64,000 bases of DNA from Candidatus Methanomethylicaceae archaeon (lineage in GTDB: Archaea; Thermoproteota; Methanomethylicia; Methanomethylicales; Methanomethylicaceae), in NCBI GenBank assembly GCA_015660995.1, contig JACTUC010000008.1, forward strand, positions 10,645 to 74,644, read 5' to 3'. Below are positions 1-8,543 of the stretch, piece after piece. Below the pieces are notes generated by a model that was not told the DNA's origin, did no database searches, and saw only the letters and a list, made by a program, of their open reading frames with translations. The stretch's first letter is position 1; each line of letters starts with the position of its first letter. The position numbers and the translations under genes were made by a program.

Positions 1-3
1 GCG

Positions 4-222
4 ATGGGCGCCATGGGAATATACCGCACCATACAGTACAACCTCGAGCAGGGCTATCCCGCAGAGAGGGTAGCCCAGCACATCCGCGAGAAGCTCCTGA
101 AGCTTGAGGGGCTGCTCTACACGATCACAGCAAAAAGGATGGTCCGAAGCAGGACTGAGATCCTGGAGCTCTACCTCCGGTCAATGGAAGAAGAGCTCTT
201 CGATGCGAGCATCTCCAAGTAA
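4..222 (+). CDS. C-terminal fragment of a gene truncated by the window start; product unknown
   Basis: ORF is open from the first base of the window and ends at TAA 220-222. It overlaps the 3' end of the convergent CYTH gene. No recognisable motif. Confidence 0.3.
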   Translation: MGAMGIYRTIQYNLEQGYPAERVAQHIREKLLKLEGLLYTITAKRMVRSRTEILELYLRSMEEELFDASISK

Positions 223-752
223 GATTCCGTGGTCAGCCTCTCGGTTGGCACTTCAAGCCGCTCGGCTATCGCAAAGAGTTTCCTCTTGAGCTCTTGCATG
301 TGGTTTGCGTCCTCCACAATGTCTTTTTTCATCGACGGCACCATGACCTCAATCTCCACGAACTCTCCGAGGCCTTCCACCGAGTCCAATGAAATTGTCG
401 CGCCGTCAAGTAAGAAGTCCTTTCTGCTCTTGCGTATGATGAAAAGCTTCTCAAATCCGAGCTGGCTGAAGATATTTTGCGTTGCCTCGAAATCGTCAAC
501 CCTGACCTCGATCTCCTCCCTGATCTTTGCCTCCTTGCCCACCCTCTTGCCCTTGAAGGTTAGTATGCACTCCCCTCCCTCCCTCCTCAACCTCAGCGCT
601 TCATCCCTCTCCCTCAGGTTCCTACACGGATGAATGAAGTAAACGTCTTCCTGTGCAACCTCCCTGGTGAACCTCCCTCCCAGGGATTCGATCTTCTTTG
701 CGAGCTTTTCCCTGCTCTCTACCCTCGCCTTCACTTCCACTTCGCCAGCCAA
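171..752 (-). CDS. CYTH-domain protein (triphosphate tunnel metalloenzyme, CyaB/ThTPase-like)
   Basis: N-terminal EVEVKARV, and later FVEIEV, match the CYTH signature (ExExK ... ExE). Size is typical for an archaeal CYTH protein. Confidence 0.75.
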   Translation of the reverse strand: MAGEVEVKARVESREKLAKKIESLGGRFTREVAQEDVYFIHPCRNLRERDEALRLRREGGECILTFKGKRVGKEAKIREEIEVRVDDFEATQNIFSQLGFEKLFIIRKSRKDFLLDGATISLDSVEGLGEFVEIEVMVPSMKKDIVEDANHMQELKRKLFAIAERLEVPTERLTTESYLEMLASKSSSSIDRR

Positions 753-893
753 CTGATACCCTCCAAATGCTTCCCGATCCGTTACCTTTCGCGCAATGCC
801 GAAATGAAGTTTGCGCCAGTTAGAACCTCTTTGGCAGAATCTTCAATATAAAACAGATTTAAACAGGCAGATGCGATAGATGCGGAAGAGCAG

Positions 894-1484
894 ATGATTG
901 CCATGCTCGACAGAAGGACGGCTACAGAGATTATCTCCGCTATCTTCAATGCCCCCTTCGTCTCGCTCTACGCCTTCGTTGCATGGGTACTTTACCTCTC
1001 AGCGCCGGCTGCCCCGACCCTACTGCTTATTGCGGCCATCTTTGGCACTGTCCTTCCGACAGGGGTGATCCTGTACATGAGGAAAAAAGGGATAATCCGT
1101 GATGTCTATGCCTCCGATAGGGGGACACGGTTCAAGCCATTCCTGGCTGCGCTTGCCAGTTACCTCGCCGGAATGCTTCTGTTGCTTGCAGTCAGCGCCC
1201 CCAGGAGCGTGACGGCCCTCATGGCTTGCTACCTCGTTAACACTGGCGTTATGACGATCATCACCCTAAAATGGAAGATAAGCATCCACGCCTCCGGTAT
1301 TGCTGGACCCGCCACTTTTTTTGTCTTCATGCTTGGCCCTGCCATGCTCCCCTCCCTCCTCTTCATACTGCCAGTGGGCTGGGCGCGGATCACGCTGGGT
1401 GCCCACACCCGCGACCAGGTTCTTGCCGGCTTCTTCCTGACCATCGCACTCACCTGGATCCAGCTCGCTATCTACATGAGGTAA
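894..1484 (+). CDS. Polytopic membrane protein, tentatively a PAP2-like lipid phosphatase
   Basis: Five to six hydrophobic helices. SIHASG and ARITLGAHTRD loosely resemble PAP2 motifs 2 and 3. Confidence 0.4.
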   Translation: MIAMLDRRTATEIISAIFNAPFVSLYAFVAWVLYLSAPAAPTLLLIAAIFGTVLPTGVILYMRKKGIIRDVYASDRGTRFKPFLAALASYLAGMLLLLAVSAPRSVTALMACYLVNTGVMTIITLKWKISIHASGIAGPATFFVFMLGPAMLPSLLFILPVGWARITLGAHTRDQVLAGFFLTIALTWIQLAIYMR

Positions 1485-1541
1485 ACAAAAAGATTTTAAA
1501 GAGGAGTTTCATGTTATGATTCCACGGTTGGTGTATCATTA

Positions 1542-2408
1542 ATGCCTATCAAGAACGGAGATTTCGTCCTCGTCGATTACAGCCTAAAAGTCAAGGACAC
1601 AAATGAGGTCTTTGATGTCACGATGGAGGATCAGGCCAAGGCAGCTAACGTCTATAGCCCTGAGCAGGCGTACGAGCCAAAGCTCATTGTCGTAGGCCAG
1701 GGGTGGATGATCAAGGGCATAGACGAGGCACTGCTGGAGGCAGACGAAGGTCAGGAGAAGGACCTTGAAATCCCCCCAGCCAAGGCATTTGGCGAGAGGG
1801 ATGGCAGCAAGGTGAGGATCGTTCCAGCCAGAGAGCTGACCAAGCAGGGTGTCACTCCGAGGCCTGGCGCAAGGATAGAGGTCGGCGGCCAGCTTGCAAC
1901 GATAAGGAGCGTCGGCAGCGGCAGGGTCATCGTCGATTACAACCACCCGCTTGCAGGGAAGACACTCGTCACCAAGCTTTACATCCGGAAGGTCGTCTCC
2001 GACCCGGTTGAGAGGATGCGTGAGCTCATACACAGGAGGATTGTGAATGTCAAGAAGGATAAGTTCATGATTTCAAACCTTGGAACCATGGTCACTGTGG
2101 AGATGCCCGAGGAGTCCTTCACCCTTGAGGACATTCAGTTCGCGAAGAAAGGCATAGCTAAGGAGATCGGCAAGTACTTCCCCGAGGTCACCACGGTCCA
2201 GTTCATAGAATCCCACGTGCTGAAGCAGCCAGAAAAAGTAGAGGCAAAGCCTGAGGAGAAGAAGGCTGAGCTGGCAAAGGAAGAAGCGAAGCCAGCAGGA
2301 AAAGAAGAGGCCAAGCTGGCGGCAAAAGAAGAGACGAAAGAAACCGAGAAGCCTGCTGCTAAGGAAGGCGGGCGCTCTAGGAAGAAGGCTCAACAACGAG
2401 CGCAGTAA
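1542..2408 (+). CDS. FKBP-type peptidyl-prolyl cis-trans isomerase (long archaeal FKBP with K/E-rich C-terminal tail)
   Basis: GDFVLVDY and VDYNHPLAGKTL are FKBP/SlyD hallmarks. There is an IF-domain-like insert, and the C-terminus is a low-complexity KEEAK repeat tail. Confidence 0.85.
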   Translation: MPIKNGDFVLVDYSLKVKDTNEVFDVTMEDQAKAANVYSPEQAYEPKLIVVGQGWMIKGIDEALLEADEGQEKDLEIPPAKAFGERDGSKVRIVPARELTKQGVTPRPGARIEVGGQLATIRSVGSGRVIVDYNHPLAGKTLVTKLYIRKVVSDPVERMRELIHRRIVNVKKDKFMISNLGTMVTVEMPEESFTLEDIQFAKKGIAKEIGKYFPEVTTVQFIESHVLKQPEKVEAKPEEKKAELAKEEAKPAGKEEAKLAAKEETKETEKPAAKEGGRSRKKAQQRAQ

Positions 2409-2835
2409 CCTTCTTCAGCTTCTTCTTGCAGAGGGCAACCTCTGAGACGCTCTCGGAGACCTTCTCTATCTTTATCTTTTCACCTTTCTTAACGCCCTCT
2501 GGTTTGCACAGCTTCTCTATCGTGCAGCCCTTCTTCTCACACTCTGCTCCAGCGAAAGTGATGGTGGCACCCTCGATTGCGTGCTGGGATTTGATCACAA
2601 CCTCGATCGGGGACGGGATCACCTTAGCTACGTTTACCTTGTCTTCATAGAGGCTGCAGTAGTGCTGCTTGTCCTTGATCTCTATGACCTCGTATGCCCT
2701 TCCTGGCACGAGCTTCCCCATGCAGACGAGGAAGAGCTTACATTCCTTGCAGATGGCTGGCGGCTGCGCTGCCACGAACCTGAAACCCTTAACTGCCTGC
2801 CCCTCGCCTACTAGGGTCACGATAAACTTGTTCAT
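2377..2835 (-). CDS. UPF0179 family protein
   Basis: TLVGEG, CKECK..VC, GRAYEVIEIKDKQHYC and CKPEGVKKGEKIKI match the conserved Cys pattern of archaeal UPF0179 proteins (about 150 aa). Confidence 0.65.
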   Translation of the reverse strand: MNKFIVTLVGEGQAVKGFRFVAAQPPAICKECKLFLVCMGKLVPGRAYEVIEIKDKQHYCSLYEDKVNVAKVIPSPIEVVIKSQHAIEGATITFAGAECEKKGCTIEKLCKPEGVKKGEKIKIEKVSESVSEVALCKKKLKKVTALVVEPSS

Positions 2836-2875
2836 TCCAAGCCCACCTGTCCAACTCTTTTTTACGTCATCACAT

Positions 2876-3931
2876 TCATTCTATAACGCCAGTTATCCTG
2901 GCAAGGTCCTCGGCCGCTTCACGGGCAATCCCCTTCTCGCCAAGGATCGTGTACCTGTCTGCTCTTATCGTGTGGGCTATGGTCAGCGCCTCTATTATCT
3001 GCTCGTCCTTCATGCCAAGTTCCTTCGCGCTTGTCGGCGCTCCCACCTTTGATAGGACCTCCTTCACACTCTTCCAGTCCCCACCATGCAGATACATCAT
3101 CATTATCGTTCCGACGCCGCACTTCTCACCATGGAGGGCCTGCCCCGCGCATATCTTGTCAAGCGCGTGGCTGAAGAGGTGCTCTGATCCGCTGCATGGC
3201 CTGCTGCTTCCCGCTATACACATGGCGTAGCCGCAGCTGATGAGCCCCTCGATCATGGATCGTATCCCCACATCCAGCCCCCTATCTATGAGGTCGATGT
3301 TCTCGGTTATCAGCTCCGCTGACATGAGCGCCAGGGATGCTGCATACTCCCCATAATACTCCCCCCTAAGGCGGTGGGCAAGGCTCCAATCCCTGACTGC
3401 GGTGTATTTGGCGATTATATCGCCCACGCCGCTGACTATCTGCCTCCTCGGCGAGTTGGCAATAATGTCTATGTCTGCCAGGAGCGCCACCGGCGGATGC
3501 GCCATCGTCGAGGTGGATCCATTGCATCCCTTTAGCGATGCTACTGGGGATGCTATGCCATCATGGGCAGCTGACGTCGGGATGCTTATGAACTGTATGT
3601 TATGCTTGAATGAGGCGAGCTTGGCAATGTCGATCGTCTTTCCGCCGCCAACGCTGATCACAATTACTGACTTTGTGTCCTTTATGGCAGCCTCGACTGC
3701 CCCCAAGGTCTCCTCCGTCGCATCCTTCACCTTCACCACGTGTGTCGGGAGGTGCAAAACGTTGACGCTCTCTTCAACGATCCCCATCGGCTCCTTGGTA
3801 AAGGTCTCCCCGCAGAGCAGGAGAACGTCCCCGTTGACGTTCAGCCTAGTGAGTACCTCCCCGACCTTAGGTAGTACCTGTGGCCCCACTATAACAAACC
3901 TGGGCAAATTGATGGCATGGATGTGCATCAT
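2876..3931 (-). CDS. egsA: sn-glycerol-1-phosphate dehydrogenase
   Basis: GGGKTIDIAK nucleotide-binding motif and SAAHDGIASP metal-site region are typical of archaeal G1PDH. Length 351 aa fits. Confidence 0.9.
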   Translation of the reverse strand: MMHIHAINLPRFVIVGPQVLPKVGEVLTRLNVNGDVLLLCGETFTKEPMGIVEESVNVLHLPTHVVKVKDATEETLGAVEAAIKDTKSVIVISVGGGKTIDIAKLASFKHNIQFISIPTSAAHDGIASPVASLKGCNGSTSTMAHPPVALLADIDIIANSPRRQIVSGVGDIIAKYTAVRDWSLAHRLRGEYYGEYAASLALMSAELITENIDLIDRGLDVGIRSMIEGLISCGYAMCIAGSSRPCSGSEHLFSHALDKICAGQALHGEKCGVGTIMMMYLHGGDWKSVKEVLSKVGAPTSAKELGMKDEQIIEALTIAHTIRADRYTILGEKGIAREAAEDLARITGVIE

Positions 3932-4145
3932 CTCTACCGCCTCTTACCTATGGCACAGAAGGACTTTCTCATCCTATTAATATACATGGTTATCTCCATC
4001 ATGCGATCCCTTCAAGAAGGCGCTCCTTCCAAAACCGAAGGGACCTCTTTTCCTTCTGGTTGCCATCTACGTCACGCTTAAATATAAGGATAAAGTCCTT
4101 TCTAATTGACTTCGCTCATTCTTTCCGATCGCGGAGGAGTCCTCT

Positions 4146-4796
4146 GTGCTGCCTGAAGAAATCAAAAACAAGCAAGAGCTTTACGAGAAACTGAAGAAAG
4201 GCACAACCACGGTAGGGATAGTCTGCATGGACGGAGTGGTCTTGGCTACCGACAGGAGGGTTACTGCCGGGACGTACATAGCCCACAAAAGGGGGAGGAA
4301 GCTCTTCGTGCTGGACGAGAACAAAGCAGCAACCATCGCCGGGCTTGTTGCAGACGCCCAGATGATAATGGACTTTCTCAAGTCGCAGATCAACCTTATG
4401 AAGCTCACCAACCGCCAGCCGGTGCCGACGAAGTCGGTGGCGACGTTCGCCTCGAACATACTCCTCAACTCCAAGTACTTCCCGTACATAGTTCAGTTGA
4501 TAATAGCGGGCGTCGACGAGGAAGGTCCCAGGATGTTCGTCCTCGACTGGTTCGGAACCTTGAGCGAGGAGAAATTCGTCTCCACGGGTTCGGGGTCGCC
4601 CTACGCATTGGGTGTCTTGGAGGCGATTCTGAAGAAAAACCCGACGGTCTCGGAGGCGCTGCCGGTTATTGCAAGGGCAGTGAAGGCTGCCATTGAGCGA
4701 GACCCTGGCAGCGGCGAAGGGATAGACGTCATCGCCCTCACAAAAGAGGGCATTAGGGAGCTCACAGACCAGGAGATACTGAAGTACCTGGAATGA
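4146..4796 (+). CDS. psmB: Proteasome beta subunit
   Basis: A propeptide is followed by the catalytic TTTVGIVCMDGVVLATD. GTG start is 10 nt downstream of GGAGG. Confidence 0.95.
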   Translation: MLPEEIKNKQELYEKLKKGTTTVGIVCMDGVVLATDRRVTAGTYIAHKRGRKLFVLDENKAATIAGLVADAQMIMDFLKSQINLMKLTNRQPVPTKSVATFASNILLNSKYFPYIVQLIIAGVDEEGPRMFVLDWFGTLSEEKFVSTGSGSPYALGVLEAILKKNPTVSEALPVIARAVKAAIERDPGSGEGIDVIALTKEGIRELTDQEILKYLE

Positions 4797-4824
4797 ATCA
4801 CGTTTCCCAGCAAGCAAAGGTGCG

Positions 4825-6753
4825 TTGTGGATGTATAACTTAGGCACGCTCGATACATTCGGAGAGATTAGGAAGATTATTGCACGTGAGATTCCGCCGG
4901 AAGCGCGGCTGACAAAGGTCGAATTTGAAGGACCCTCAATCATAATCTATGCAAACAATCCGAACCTCCTCCTCGAGAACAGCGAGCCCATAAAGAGGAT
5001 CGTACGGGAGATCAAGAAAAGGGTCATAGTCAGGGCTGACCCAGGTGCCAGGAAGAAGACAGACGAAGCGAAGAAGACGATCGAGGAGCTCATCCCAAAG
5101 GAAGCAGAGATAACCGATATGAACTTCGACGAAGGCACGGGCGAGGTAACGATCCTAGCGAAGAAGCCAGGCTTGGTAATCGGGAAGGGGGGCTCCACGC
5201 TGCGGGACATCGCTTCAAGCACTGGCTGGCGTTCAACTATAATAAGATCCCCGCCGCTAAAGTCGAGGATCATCGAGCAGAGCCTCTACTACATGGGCAA
5301 GGAGCAGGACTACCGCCTGGATTTCCTCAAGAAGGTGGGGAGGAGGATCCACAGGCCAAAAATATACAACAATGGCTGGATAACCATCTCGGCCCTTGGC
5401 GGCTTCAGGGAGGTGGGGAGGCAGGCGATACTCGTGCAGACGCTCGAGAGTAAGGTCCTCATAGACTGTGGCGTCAAGCCAGGTGCCCAAAACCCCTTCG
5501 ACGAATTCCCGAGGCTTGACCTTGCAGAGTTTGACATCGAGGAGCTCGATGCTGTCGTGGTCACTCACGCTCACTTGGATCACTGCGGTCTTGTTCCGCT
5601 TCTTTTCAAGTACGGCTACGGTGGACCCGTGTACTGCACGAGGCCCACCAAGAGCCTGATGACTCTCCTCCAGCTCGACTACCTCGATGTCGCTGTAAAA
5701 GAGGGGAGGCCAACCCCCTACGGGCTGAAGGACGTCAAGAAGGTGCTTCTCAACACGATCGCCCTAGACTACGGTGAGGTGAACGACATATCCCCAGACA
5801 TACGGCTCACGCTCCACAACGCTGGGCATATTCTGGGCTCGGCCATGGTTCACCTCCACGTTGGCGAAGGGCTCCACAACATCGTCTATACCGGGGACTT
5901 CAAGTACGCGAAGACCCGCCTGCTTGAGCCCGCAACATCCTGCTTCCCCCGGGCGGAGACTCTAATAATGGAGAGCACCTACGGCGCCCCGAACGACGTT
6001 GTCCCCTCAAGGGAGGAGACTGAACGCCAGTTCCTAGAGTACATCCGGAACACTGTTCAGAAGGGCGGTAAGGTGCTTATCCCCATCCTTGCTGTGGGGA
6101 GGGCTCAGGAGATTATGCTGGTCTTGGACGAGGCGATAAGGTTTGGCTCTATACCGCAGGTCCCCGTCTACATTGAGGGGATGCTGCAGGAAGTAACGGC
6201 AATACACACCGCCTACCCGGAGGAGCTGGCACGTGAACTCAAAAACAGGATCTTCCACAAGGGCGAGAACCCGTTCCTTAGCGACCACTTCATCAGCGTG
6301 GATGACCGGAGCGCAAGATCGGACATTGCAGAGGGAGCGCCATGCGTAATAATGGCTACGTCGGGTATGCTTACCGGCGGTCCGGCCCTTGAGTATTTCA
6401 AGCTCCTCGCTCCCGACCCTAACAACACCATGATCTTCGTCAACTACCAGATTGAGGGCACACTCGGCAGATCTATACTTCGTGGGGTCAGGGAGATTCC
6501 AATCAGCGACTCAATAGGGAAGATAGACGTTGTCCAGGTTAAGATGGACGTGAAGTCCGTGGACGGATTCTCAGGCCACAGCGACCGGAGGCAACTGCTC
6601 AAGTTCGTGAACAACATATCGCCTCGACCCAAGCAGGCGCTGGTCGTGCACGGGGAGGAGTCCAAGTGCTTAGGAATGGCTGACTGCATCAGGCGGTTCT
6701 TCCGGATAGATGCTTCCGCCCCGAGCGTGGGCGACAGGCTGCGAATCAAGTGA
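4825..6753 (+). CDS. fttA: aCPSF1 / FttA beta-CASP ribonuclease with N-terminal KH domains
   Basis: N-terminal KH region (GLVIGKGGSTLRDI), metallo-beta-lactamase HAHLDHCG and a beta-CASP C-terminus. Sits next to psmB as in many archaea. The true start may be ATG 4831. Confidence 0.9.
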   Translation: MWMYNLGTLDTFGEIRKIIAREIPPEARLTKVEFEGPSIIIYANNPNLLLENSEPIKRIVREIKKRVIVRADPGARKKTDEAKKTIEELIPKEAEITDMNFDEGTGEVTILAKKPGLVIGKGGSTLRDIASSTGWRSTIIRSPPLKSRIIEQSLYYMGKEQDYRLDFLKKVGRRIHRPKIYNNGWITISALGGFREVGRQAILVQTLESKVLIDCGVKPGAQNPFDEFPRLDLAEFDIEELDAVVVTHAHLDHCGLVPLLFKYGYGGPVYCTRPTKSLMTLLQLDYLDVAVKEGRPTPYGLKDVKKVLLNTIALDYGEVNDISPDIRLTLHNAGHILGSAMVHLHVGEGLHNIVYTGDFKYAKTRLLEPATSCFPRAETLIMESTYGAPNDVVPSREETERQFLEYIRNTVQKGGKVLIPILAVGRAQEIMLVLDEAIRFGSIPQVPVYIEGMLQEVTAIHTAYPEELARELKNRIFHKGENPFLSDHFISVDDRSARSDIAEGAPCVIMATSGMLTGGPALEYFKLLAPDPNNTMIFVNYQIEGTLGRSILRGVREIPISDSIGKIDVVQVKMDVKSVDGFSGHSDRRQLLKFVNNISPRPKQALVVHGEESKCLGMADCIRRFFRIDASAPSVGDRLRIK

Positions 6754-6773
6754 TAAGGGCATGAATTGTTGGC

Positions 6774-7271
6774 TCAGATAGCCCGCGTCCAATTCCAGAT
6801 CTCGTCGCCGACGTAATGGACGTTCTTGATCGCCTTTCCCTTCTTCTTCTGCAGGACCTCGCTCCTTTCCATAATCAGAATGCCCATGGCGAGTCCTTTG
6901 GAATGCTTCTCGTCCACCACTAGGACCAAGTCCCCAACCTGAATGCCCTCTGCAGCAGACCTGATCCCTGGCGCCATGATGTCTGCTCCATTCACGACAA
7001 AAGGCACTGCGCCCATGTCAACAACGACTTTTGGGATCGTGTCAAGAAGCGCCTGAGGCATCGCAAGGGATGGAATCACCTTGCCCTCCTTCTCCATAAG
7101 CACTGGCTTACCATACTGAAGGTATATCTTGTCGCCGCTGGCCAGTTCCACGATCTCGATCTCCTCCTTCTTGTCAATATGGTCGGCTAGAGTAGGACAG
7201 ACCTTCTTCGCCTCCTCAAGAAGGACCTTCAGATCCTTGGAACTCAAGGGGTGTCTCTTCTTTATCAGCAA
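6774..7271 (-). CDS. PUA-domain RNA-binding protein
   Basis: C-terminal VVDMGAVPFVVNGADIMAPGI is a PUA fold signature. About 165 aa, matching the archaeal DUF1947+PUA family. Confidence 0.55.
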   Translation of the reverse strand: MLIKKRHPLSSKDLKVLLEEAKKVCPTLADHIDKKEEIEIVELASGDKIYLQYGKPVLMEKEGKVIPSLAMPQALLDTIPKVVVDMGAVPFVVNGADIMAPGIRSAAEGIQVGDLVLVVDEKHSKGLAMGILIMERSEVLQKKKGKAIKNVHYVGDEIWNWTRAI

Positions 7272-7352
7272 CTTTTCACGATCTCCGATAAACTTAAATA
7301 ACGTCTCTCATAAACCGAGATTGCTAATTAACCTTTACGGCAGGAATAAAAT

Positions 7353-7583
7353 ATGAGCGAGTTCGGCGCAACGGAAATACTGACAGAGTCCTTAGGGTCC
7401 TTTGTGCTCGTGAAGCTGAAGGGCGGAAGGGAAGTTCGAGGAACGATGAAGAGCTTCGACCAGCACCTGAACCTGGTTCTTGAGAACGCTGAGGAACTTA
7501 TAGCGGAGAAGGAGCCCAAGAAGCTGGGAACAATCATTGTCAGGGGCGACAATGTCGTAATAGTTTCCCCGTCGCCAAGGTGA
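7353..7583 (+). CDS. Sm-like archaeal protein (LSm)
   Basis: Sm1/Sm2 motifs ([35 protein letters not shown]). Followed immediately by L37e, the conserved lsm-rpl37e pair. Confidence 0.9.
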   Translation: MSEFGATEILTESLGSFVLVKLKGGREVRGTMKSFDQHLNLVLENAEELIAEKEPKKLGTIIVRGDNVVIVSPSPR

Positions 7584-7588
7584 TATAA

Positions 7589-7765
7589 ATGAAGGGGACA
7601 ACATCATTCGGAAAAAGAAACAGGCAGATCACGCATATCCCCTGCAGGCGGTGCGGCCGCAGGGCCTTCAATGTGCGCAAGAAATTCTGTACGCACTGCG
7701 GGTACGGCAAGACCCCTAAAATGAGAGTTGCTTCGAGGCCCCGTAGATACAGACCCATAAAATGA
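7589..7765 (+). CDS. rpl37e: 50S ribosomal protein L37e
   Basis: Translated by hand as [58 protein letters not shown]. The C4 zinc ribbon is typical of L37e. Too short to appear in the ORF track. Confidence 0.85.
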   Translation: MKGTTSFGKRNRQITHIPCRRCGRRAFNVRKKFCTHCGYGKTPKMRVASRPRRYRPIK

Positions 7766-7943
7766 GGGTTTCTTTGAGACCCCATAGGTGCTAATACCTG
7801 TTCATCTGACATTAATTTAAATGACCCGAGATAATTCCCTCGGGGATATATTTACCCTCTTTCAACATCTTTTGGGTCGATGCAGAAGAGGGTAGAATAT
7901 ATATCCAAAGAATCATAAAATTTGGTATTAAAGGGGTTTATTC

Positions 7944-8207
7944 ATGGCAGAACCTGCTCCAAATAGCGAAAAATTGCCAACGAATGAGATGATTAACGTC
8001 TTGGAGTATGTGACAATCTCCAAAAACGAGAGTTGGTGGACCGCCATCGTCCTGGCTGGGGATGCTGGAAGAAAGAAAGTGATGCTATATATGTGGCACA
8101 AAAGCGGCGACAAGTGGTCAAGGAAACAAAAGTTCACCATCCCGCGCAAGACCGACTGGCCACTAATTAGGGACACTGTCGAGAAAATGATGTCTAAAGT
8201 TGATTAA
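7944..8207 (+). CDS. Hypothetical protein
   Basis: 87-aa ORF with upstream inverted repeats. No recognisable motif. Confidence 0.3.
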   Translation: MAEPAPNSEKLPTNEMINVLEYVTISKNESWWTAIVLAGDAGRKKVMLYMWHKSGDKWSRKQKFTIPRKTDWPLIRDTVEKMMSKVD

Positions 8208-8287
8208 AGCCCAAACAACTGAATCCCAAAGGCCCTCTATTGGTACTCAATAACTTTTTAAAAGAGTGTTTCGTCTATTGCACTGAT

Positions 8288-8392
8288 GGGCCGGTAGCTC
8301 AGACTGGCAGAGCGCCCGCTTGGCATTGCGGGCATGCAGCCTCCGCACCAAAGTGCGGGAGGCCACGGGTTCAAATCCCGTCCGGTCCACCA
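8288..8392 (+). tRNA. tRNA-Ala (anticodon GGC) with a 28-nt intron between positions 37/38; CCA encoded
   Basis: Acceptor GGGCCGG/CCGGTCC gives the G3:U70 Ala identity pair, with A73. The D-arm is GCTC-AGACTGGCA-GAGC. Anticodon stem CCCGC/GCGGG only pairs after removing 8326-8353. T-arm is ACGGG-TTCAAAT-CCCGT. Confidence 0.75.
8326..8353 (+). other. Putative tRNA-Ala intron (canonical 37/38 position)
   Basis: TTGCGGGCATGCAGCCTCCGCACCAAAG. Removing it restores a 7-nt anticodon loop TTGGCAT. Contains a hairpin that could contribute to a bulge-helix-bulge. Confidence 0.6.
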
Positions 8393-8543
8393 TCAAACAT
8401 ATGCGGAACAGCCAAATTATTGCTCGCCTCGTCTTCAACAATAGCATCCTATTCCTCTCTTCAAAAAGGAGTGCAAGGCATTTGAAGAAGAAAGACAGAA
8501 ATAGTAATACCTTCCACAGCCAAAAAGTGGGGTATATTCTACT

